From assembly GCA_000091165.1 (NCBI GenBank), contig FP565575.1, positions 270,001-302,000 on the forward strand: a stretch of 32,000 nt of DNA. Reading direction: 5' to 3'. Positions 26,452 through 32,000 of the stretch are shown here, piece after piece; the first letter of the stretch is position 1; the number at the start of each line of letters is the position of its first letter. The notes below the pieces were generated by a model that saw nothing but the letters and a program-made list of their open reading frames with translations, was not told the origin of the DNA and ran no database searches. A program made the translations under genes and the position numbers. The stretch is from Candidatus Methylomirabilis oxygeniifera (GTDB taxonomy: Bacteria > Methylomirabilota > Methylomirabilia > Methylomirabilales > Methylomirabilaceae).

Positions 26452-28956
26452 GTGGGTGAAACGGGACCGATCACCGCATTAGAGGCGCAAGACACCGAAC
26501 GGCGCCCGGAGATTGACGGCGTACGACGTCCGCTCGTACCGCTGGTCATTGCGTTTCTCCTGGGCATTGTGGCTACACACCTTCTGCAGCTTCCGGCTGT
26601 CGTCTGGCTGCTCGCCGGACTCGCAGCGGCCGGCCTCGCCCTGTTGAGCGCGGCGTATAGCCGACTTCTCGCTGCCGGCGCCTTTCTGCTGCTCGTATTC
26701 TTTTCCCTGGGCGCGGGTCGCCTCGGAGTCGAGTCCTCTCTCCTCCTCCCGCATCATATTGATCGTCTGCCCGAAGAGGTGTTAGAACAGCCGCTCCTGA
26801 TCGAAGGGGTTGTGGCCTCGTCAAGCGATCCCCCGGCGGTCGATATCGGGGGAGTCGAAAACGACGGGAAGCGAGTCCGGGTCCTTCTCGACCTGCGCAC
26901 CATATGGCCGGCCGGACGAGAGATCAGTGTCGCCGGGCGTGCGCGTCTCACCCTTCTGAACCCCGAGATTGTTCCTGCCTATGGGGAACGTCTTCGCGGG
27001 CAGTTCAAGCTTCGGCGGCCTCGAGGATACCGCAACCCCGGTGGGTTCGACTACCCGCTCTATCTCAGAAGTCAGGGCGTCGCACTTGAAGGATGGGCGG
27101 GTAAAGGCGATCCCATCGAGCGGCGAGGAACAGGCGAAGGGAGCAGGCCGCTTACCTTGGCCTATATGCTCCGCAATCGAATGATTCATGCTGTGCACAG
27201 CCTGCTTCCACCCGAGCAGGCCTCCCTGCTGGTCGCTATGACGCTCGGCGAGCGGTCCGGCATTCCGCGGCGGATCACCGAGGCGTTTACAACGTCCGGC
27301 ACCTATCACATTCTGGCCATTTCCGGTTTAAACGTCAGCCTCCTCGCCGGCGCACTGTTTTTTCTTCTGAGGGCCGTCCGTGTCCCGTTGCGCGTGAGCG
27401 CGCTGCTCTCAATGGGTCTCATCACCTTTTATGCAGTCCTTGCCGGCGGGAGCGCATCAGTGGTCAGGGCGGCCGTCATGGCCGACGTGTATCTGCTGGG
27501 ACTGGTCCTTGATCGGGAGGCCGATTCGCTCAATACCCTCGCCCTCTCAGCTCTCGGGCTTCTCCTCTGGCAACCTCTGTATCTGTTCGACGTCGGGTTT
27601 CAGCTTACCTTTGTGGCGACCGGAGCGATCGTGGTGGCGGTCAATCGGCTGCCGTCGGCTTCGCTGCCGGTGCCGTGGCGATGGGCTGTCACGCCGCTGG
27701 TATTGTCGATTGCAGCCTTCCTTGGGACCGCTCCGATCCTCGTCTCGACCTTCCATCGGCTCTCGCTTATCGGCATTCTGGCCAACCTCCCGATTGTGCC
27801 TTTGAGCGGTCTGTTGACAGGGGCAGGGATGCTGTTTGCCGTATTGGCGACGGTCGTTCCTCATTTCCTCGGGTGGTTTACAGTACTCATCGGATGGCTG
27901 ATCGATCTGCTGGTGGGCCTTGTCGGCTGGTTTGCGCGGCTGCCTTGTGCTTCGGTCCAGCTTTTTTCGCCGTCCATACCGATGGTGATCTGTTACTACG
28001 TGACCCTGGGAACGGCAATAGCGGCCATGGGACGCCGGTGGCTCCGCTATACCGCGCTCGCAGCCGCCGCGGCTTGTGTCGTCCTGATCGGCGTCCGCCT
28101 GTTGCCCATTTTTCAGAACGGCCCGCTACGGATGACCGTGCTCGATGTCGGACAAGGCGACGCAATTGTCCTGGAACTTCCCGGAAAGCGGACCATTCTC
28201 ATCGACGGCGGCGGCCTGTTCGATGATCGGTTTGATATCGGCGAGCAGGTGGTCGTTCCGTTCCTGCTATCCCGCTGGATCGGTCACCTGGATGCGGTGA
28301 TCCTGTCGCATCCGCATCCGGACCACCTGAACGGCCTGCAGGCCGTCCTGCGCCATATCCCGATCGGTCAGGTCTGGGATAGCGGCCAACGGACCGGTAT
28401 GCCGACCTATCTGTGGTTTGAAGAGGTGCTGCGCGACAAGCGGATCCCCCACAAGATCCTGCAGGACGGCTATCGGACGTCCGAGTTTGCGCCGGTGCAA
28501 ATCGCGGTACTGCATCCTTCGAGCCCGATGCTGCAAGGCTCTAAACGCGGCCGTTTCTCTGATGTGAACAGCAACTCGCTGGTCTTGAGCGTGAAGTACG
28601 GCAAGGTGACGCTGCTCTTGCCCGGCGACATTGAAGAAGAGGCAGAACGCCTGCTGCTTGAACAGGGAACGGATCTGCAGGCACAAGTCCTGAAGGTGCC
28701 GCACCACGGCGGACGAACCAGCAGCAGCGAGCCGTTCCTTGCCCGCGTCTATCCGAAGGTAGCGGTGGTCTCCGCCGGCTACCGCAACCGCTTCCGGCAC
28801 CCGCATCCGGAGACGCTGGATCGATACCGCGCAAATGGCATTCATCTGTACAGAACCGACCTGAACGGCGCAGTGACCGTATCGAGTGACGGCAACACTA
28901 TCGACGTGACGACCTTTCGGCAGTCCGGTCGGCGCTTCTGGCGGGATGGATGGTAG
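26452..28956 (+). CDS. comEC: ComEC/Rec2-family DNA uptake channel protein with C-terminal metallo-beta-lactamase domain
   Basis: SGLNVSLLAGALFFLLRAVRVPLRVSALLS competence domain, then LDVGQGDAIVLELPGKRTILIDGG and SHPHPDHLNGLQAV. GTG 26452 preceded by aaggggaa; the ORF is open to 26383. Confidence 0.92.
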   Translation: MGETGPITALEAQDTERRPEIDGVRRPLVPLVIAFLLGIVATHLLQLPAVVWLLAGLAAAGLALLSAAYSRLLAAGAFLLLVFFSLGAGRLGVESSLLLPHHIDRLPEEVLEQPLLIEGVVASSSDPPAVDIGGVENDGKRVRVLLDLRTIWPAGREISVAGRARLTLLNPEIVPAYGERLRGQFKLRRPRGYRNPGGFDYPLYLRSQGVALEGWAGKGDPIERRGTGEGSRPLTLAYMLRNRMIHAVHSLLPPEQASLLVAMTLGERSGIPRRITEAFTTSGTYHILAISGLNVSLLAGALFFLLRAVRVPLRVSALLSMGLITFYAVLAGGSASVVRAAVMADVYLLGLVLDREADSLNTLALSALGLLLWQPLYLFDVGFQLTFVATGAIVVAVNRLPSASLPVPWRWAVTPLVLSIAAFLGTAPILVSTFHRLSLIGILANLPIVPLSGLLTGAGMLFAVLATVVPHFLGWFTVLIGWLIDLLVGLVGWFARLPCASVQLFSPSIPMVICYYVTLGTAIAAMGRRWLRYTALAAAAACVVLIGVRLLPIFQNGPLRMTVLDVGQGDAIVLELPGKRTILIDGGGLFDDRFDIGEQVVVPFLLSRWIGHLDAVILSHPHPDHLNGLQAVLRHIPIGQVWDSGQRTGMPTYLWFEEVLRDKRIPHKILQDGYRTSEFAPVQIAVLHPSSPMLQGSKRGRFSDVNSNSLVLSVKYGKVTLLLPGDIEEEAERLLLEQGTDLQAQVLKVPHHGGRTSSSEPFLARVYPKVAVVSAGYRNRFRHPHPETLDRYRANGIHLYRTDLNGAVTVSSDGNTIDVTTFRQSGRRFWRDGW

Positions 28957-28971
28957 TAATGCGCAATAAAG

Positions 28972-29109
28972 GTGCCTCTGTTGACGGCCCACCTTGGACC
29001 TATAGCCGAGCAGAAGCTTGTCGAATCGCTACTGAACGGGGAGATGACGCTGGAGCCGCTCACCTTTTTCGCGGGGAATGCGTTTGACAACAAGGTGGGC
29101 GTATGTTAA
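28972..29109 (+). CDS. Possible small ORF between comEC and xseA
   Basis: GTG 28972 to TAA 29107-29109, 45 aa: VPLLTAHLGPIAEQKLVESLLNGEMTLEPLTFFAGNAFDNKVGVC. Composition is protein-like; no clear ribosome-binding site. Confidence 0.35.
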   Translation: MPLLTAHLGPIAEQKLVESLLNGEMTLEPLTFFAGNAFDNKVGVC

Positions 29110-29118
29110 GAGACCCAC

Positions 29119-30360
29119 ATGGCTGCCCTTCAACCACCGAAGATCTACACCGTCAGCGACCTGACCACGGAGATTCGCGCGACCCTTGAAGGCTCGTTTG
29201 CCGGAATCTGGGTCGAGGGGGAGCTGTCCAATTTTCACCGGCACTCGTCGGGGCACATGTATTTCAGCCTTAAGGACGAGGGGAGCCAAATCCGGGTCGT
29301 GATGTTTCGGACGGCCAACCGGCAGCTCAGGTTCCAGCCGAAGGACGGACTGGTCCTGCTGGTGTACGGCGAGCTGAGCGTGTATGAGCGCCGTGGTGAA
29401 TATCAGCTTGTCGCAGAGTATATGGAACCGAAGGGCCTGGGGGCCCTGCAGCTCGCGTTTGAACAGCTCAAGCAGAGGCTGCAGGCGGAGGGGCTGTTTG
29501 ACGACGCCCGCAAGCGGCCGATCCCGTTGTTACCGAGGCGGATCGGAGTTGTGACGTCACCGACAGGGGCTGCCGTCCGCGATATCCTTCATGTGCTCCG
29601 ACGGCGTTTTGCCGGCGTCGATGTGTTGATTTGCCCCGTAGCGGTGCAGGGCGATCAGGCGGCCCCGGAGATCGTCGAGGCGCTCGGCGAATTGAATCGG
29701 CGGGGGGGACTGGACGTCGTGATTGTGGCCAGGGGGGGCGGTTCGATTGAGGACCTGCAGGCCTTTAATGAGGAGAGCGTCGCCAGAGCGATCGCGGCCT
29801 CCAGGATCCCGGTCATCTCGGCTATCGGCCATGAGATCGATTACACGATTGCTGATTTTGTAGCCGACCTTCGCGCTCCGACACCGTCTGCGGCCGCAGA
29901 GTTGGTCATTGCCCGGCAGGACGAGCTTCTGCAGCGGCTTGACGACCTGGGGTCACGGATGGCCGGCGTCATTCGGTCAAGGCTGCACGGTTTAGGGGTT
30001 CGGATAAGCGGGCTGGAACGGCACCTGCGACTGCTCAATCCGATTGAACAGATTCGAATGCAGCGGCGTTCCCTGACGGAGCGTTGGAAGGCCCTGACGG
30101 CTCTCGCCGATCGGCGATTGACGATGCTCCACGGCGAGCTGAAGGCAGCCGTCGGCAAGCTGGATGCGTTGAGCCCGCTGGCGATCCTCCATCGAGGCTA
30201 CAGTATCTGCCTTCGGCTTCCCGACCATGAGATTGTGAAAGACAGCTCGACGGTCGTTGCGGGTGATCTCGTTGAGGTTCGCCTCCATCGTGGCCGGTTG
30301 CGGTGCGACGTCCGTGAGGTCCAGGCCCCTACACCCTACACCCTACACCCTACACCCTAA
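29119..30360 (+). CDS. xseA: Exodeoxyribonuclease VII large subunit
   Basis: YTVSDLTTEIRATLEGSFAGIWVEGELSNFHRHSSGHMYFSLKDEGSQIRVVMF...GVVTSPTGAAVRDILHVLRRRFAG...IEDLQAFNEESVARAI. Confidence 0.97.
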   Translation: MAALQPPKIYTVSDLTTEIRATLEGSFAGIWVEGELSNFHRHSSGHMYFSLKDEGSQIRVVMFRTANRQLRFQPKDGLVLLVYGELSVYERRGEYQLVAEYMEPKGLGALQLAFEQLKQRLQAEGLFDDARKRPIPLLPRRIGVVTSPTGAAVRDILHVLRRRFAGVDVLICPVAVQGDQAAPEIVEALGELNRRGGLDVVIVARGGGSIEDLQAFNEESVARAIAASRIPVISAIGHEIDYTIADFVADLRAPTPSAAAELVIARQDELLQRLDDLGSRMAGVIRSRLHGLGVRISGLERHLRLLNPIEQIRMQRRSLTERWKALTALADRRLTMLHGELKAAVGKLDALSPLAILHRGYSICLRLPDHEIVKDSSTVVAGDLVEVRLHRGRLRCDVREVQAPTPYTLHPTP

Positions 30361-30361
30361 C
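30328..30361. repeat. Heptanucleotide tandem repeat (CCTACAC)4 at the 3' end of xseA
   Basis: cctacaccctacaccctacaccctacaccctaac, which runs into the xseA stop codon. Confidence 0.95.
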
Positions 30362-30379
30362 CTGTCGGTGGATGCAGAT

Positions 30380-30631
30380 ATGGCGGACGAGGTACCATTT
30401 GAAGAGGCTCTCAAGCAGCTCGATGCCATTGTCTCACGGCTCGAGGTCGGAGACCTTCCGCTTGAGGAGGCGTTATCGATCTTCGAGGAAGGGGTCCGGT
30501 TAACCAAGTTCTGCTCGGCCCGGCTGAGCGAAGCCGAGCAGCGGGTCAATATCCTGGTCCGCAGCGCCGAATCCTCCTCCAGCAGATTTGAAGAACAGCC
30601 GTTTGAGGAGGAGGGCGAGGAAGAGTTGTGA
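30380..30631 (+). CDS. xseB: Exodeoxyribonuclease VII small subunit
   Basis: MADEVPFEEALKQLDAIVSRLEVGDLPLEEALSIFEEGVRLTKFCSARLSEAEQRVNIL; directly downstream of xseA. Confidence 0.95.
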   Translation: MADEVPFEEALKQLDAIVSRLEVGDLPLEEALSIFEEGVRLTKFCSARLSEAEQRVNILVRSAESSSSRFEEQPFEEEGEEEL

Positions 30632-30641
30632 GGAGGAATCC

Positions 30642-31580
30642 TTGACGCCGGAAGAGTTGAGACGATACCTGGACGAGCGGCGGCTGCTGGTCGACGAGGC
30701 TCTGGAGCAGTATCTTCCTCAGGCGAGCGACCCTCCGAAGGAGATCCATGAGGCGGTTCGCTATAGTGTCTTTGCAGGGGGTAAACGGCTGCGACCGATT
30801 CTGATCCTGGCGGCGACAGAGGCGGCGGGCGGACAGATGGAACAGGCGCTGGGTGCGGCGGCAGCCATCGAGATGATTCACACCTACTCCCTGATTCACG
30901 ACGACCTTCCGGCTATGGATGACGATGACTATCGCCGTGGGCGATTGACCTGTCATAAGGTCTACGGTGAGGCGATGGCCATTCTGGCGGGCGATGCGTT
31001 GCTGACGCAAGCGTTCATCCTTCTGTCGGCAGAAAACCCCCCGTGCCCCCCTTTAGCAAAGGGGGGGTGGGGGGATTTGAAGGGGGTGTATGATTCGGAG
31101 GCCCGCCTCATGGTGATCCGGGAAATCGCCGAGGCTGCGGGCAGCAAGGGGATGGTCGGCGGCCAAGTCGTGGATATGCTGCAAGAGGATCGGGAGATCG
31201 ATCTGCCGACGCTCACGTATCTGCACGAGCACAAGACCGGCGCCCTGATCCGGGTGTGCCTGCGCGTGGGAGGCATTCTTGCGTCGGCCGGATCGGAGCA
31301 GATGGAGGCCCTCACCCGCTATGGCGAGCGGATCGGACTCGCCTTTCAGATCGTAGACGATATCCTGGATCTGGAAGGGAGCCTGGAGGTCTTGGGCAAA
31401 CAGGCCGGAAGCGATCTCCGCAAGAAGAAGGCGACCTTTCCGGCGCTGCTTGGGATCGAGGAGTCGCGGCGATGGGCTCATCGATTGGTATCGGAAGCGC
31501 AGGAGGCCGTGGCCGTCTTTGGCGACCGCGGGGTGGCGCTGCAGGCGATTGCCGAGTTCGTTGTCATGCGCCGGGGGTGA
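30642..31580 (+). CDS. ispA: Polyprenyl (farnesyl/geranylgeranyl) diphosphate synthase
   Basis: SVFAGGKRLRPILILAA, first Asp-rich DDLPAMDDDDYRRG, GMVGGQVVD, second Asp-rich FQIVDDILD. TTG 30642 after gaggagga. Confidence 0.92.
   Translation: MTPEELRRYLDERRLLVDEALEQYLPQASDPPKEIHEAVRYSVFAGGKRLRPILILAATEAAGGQMEQALGAAAAIEMIHTYSLIHDDLPAMDDDDYRRGRLTCHKVYGEAMAILAGDALLTQAFILLSAENPPCPPLAKGGWGDLKGVYDSEARLMVIREIAEAAGSKGMVGGQVVDMLQEDREIDLPTLTYLHEHKTGALIRVCLRVGGILASAGSEQMEALTRYGERIGLAFQIVDDILDLEGSLEVLGKQAGSDLRKKKATFPALLGIEESRRWAHRLVSEAQEAVAVFGDRGVALQAIAEFVVMRRG
31032..31090 (+). repeat. Palindromic repeat unit inserted in frame within the polyprenyl synthase gene
   Basis: gaaaaccccccgtgcccccctttagcaaagggggggtggggggatttgaaggggg, translated ENPPCPPLAKGGWGDLKG. 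Confidence 0.85.
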
Positions 31581-31607
31581 TGGAACATCACGAACCCTGT
31601 CCTCAGC

Positions 31608-32000
31608 ATGGTCGAAGGATCGGTTCAGATGGCCCCATCGGTTGTTGACTGCCCAGCAGGTAGAAGAGTCAAGCGGGTCCGACTGGACCTTGCCGTGCAG
31701 ACACAAGGTCTGACGGCAAGCCGCGAGCGGGCCAGGGCGCTTATTCTTGCCGGCCAGGTGCTGGTCGATGACCGCATGGTGGACAAGGCGGGGACCCTGG
31801 TAGCGGAAGACGCGCGGATTGCGCTCAAGACCCCCGAACATCCGTACGTGGGGCGCGGGGGCGTCAAGCTTCACGGCGCGCTGGAGCAGTTCGTCATCTC
31901 CGTAACCGGTCGCGTCTGCCTCGACCTGGGCGCATCGACGGGGGGATTTACCGACTGCCTGCTTCAGCATGGTGCCGCTCGCGTCTATGCCGTCGATGTC
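31608..32000 (+). CDS. tlyA: TlyA-family rRNA (cytidine-2'-O)-methyltransferase, N-terminal part (truncated by the window end)
   Basis: RVRLDLAVQTQGLTASRERARALILAGQVLVDDRMVDKAGTLV (S4 domain), then VGRGGVKLHGALEQF and CLDLGASTGGFTDCLLQHGAARVYAVDV. ATG 31608 or 31629. Confidence 0.9.
   Translation, partial: MVEGSVQMAPSVVDCPAGRRVKRVRLDLAVQTQGLTASRERARALILAGQVLVDDRMVDKAGTLVAEDARIALKTPEHPYVGRGGVKLHGALEQFVISVTGRVCLDLGASTGGFTDCLLQHGAARVYAVDV

Noticed and set aside
31053-31970. 305-aa minus-strand ORF
   Set aside because: Antisense across the 3' part of ispA and tlyA, both with clear motifs on the plus strand.
1-32000. tRNA or rRNA genes
   Set aside because: No cloverleaf-like CCA-ended sequences or rRNA core motifs were recognised by eye. 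A tRNAscan or Infernal run would be needed to exclude them formally.

Overview
High-GC bacterial chromosome segment, read entirely by eye with no database search. It is dominated by cell-surface and envelope genes. Main contents: (1) a partial GT2 glycosyltransferase. (2) A secreted protein with a 24-residue Thr tract and an IPTL-CTERM-like tail (IPTTGEWG + TM + RR). (3) Several large multi-pass GT-C/YfhO-like membrane proteins. (4) Two tandemly duplicated secreted collagen-like (G-X-Y) proteins, each with a similar 5' leader and a terminator. (5) A TMTC/DUF1736-like TM+TPR protein and a second TPR protein. (6) DPM1-like glycosyltransferases. (7) A divergent exosortase-like integral membrane protein preceded by a perfect 19-bp hairpin. 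(8) A cobalamin-binding-type radical SAM protein. (9) lptG/lptF, a CPBP intramembrane protease, an Asp-box (BNR) secreted protein, comEC, xseA, xseB, a polyprenyl synthase and a partial tlyA. A palindromic C5TTT/AAAG5 repeat family occurs in two intergenic clusters and also, in frame, inside the polyprenyl synthase gene. The best candidate for an undescribed system is a dispersed surface-protein sorting and O-glycosylation module: Thr stalk + IPTL-like tail, exosortase-like enzyme, DPM1-like donor synthases and TMTC-like GT-C proteins. The grouping is inference; the individual parts are visible in the sequence.
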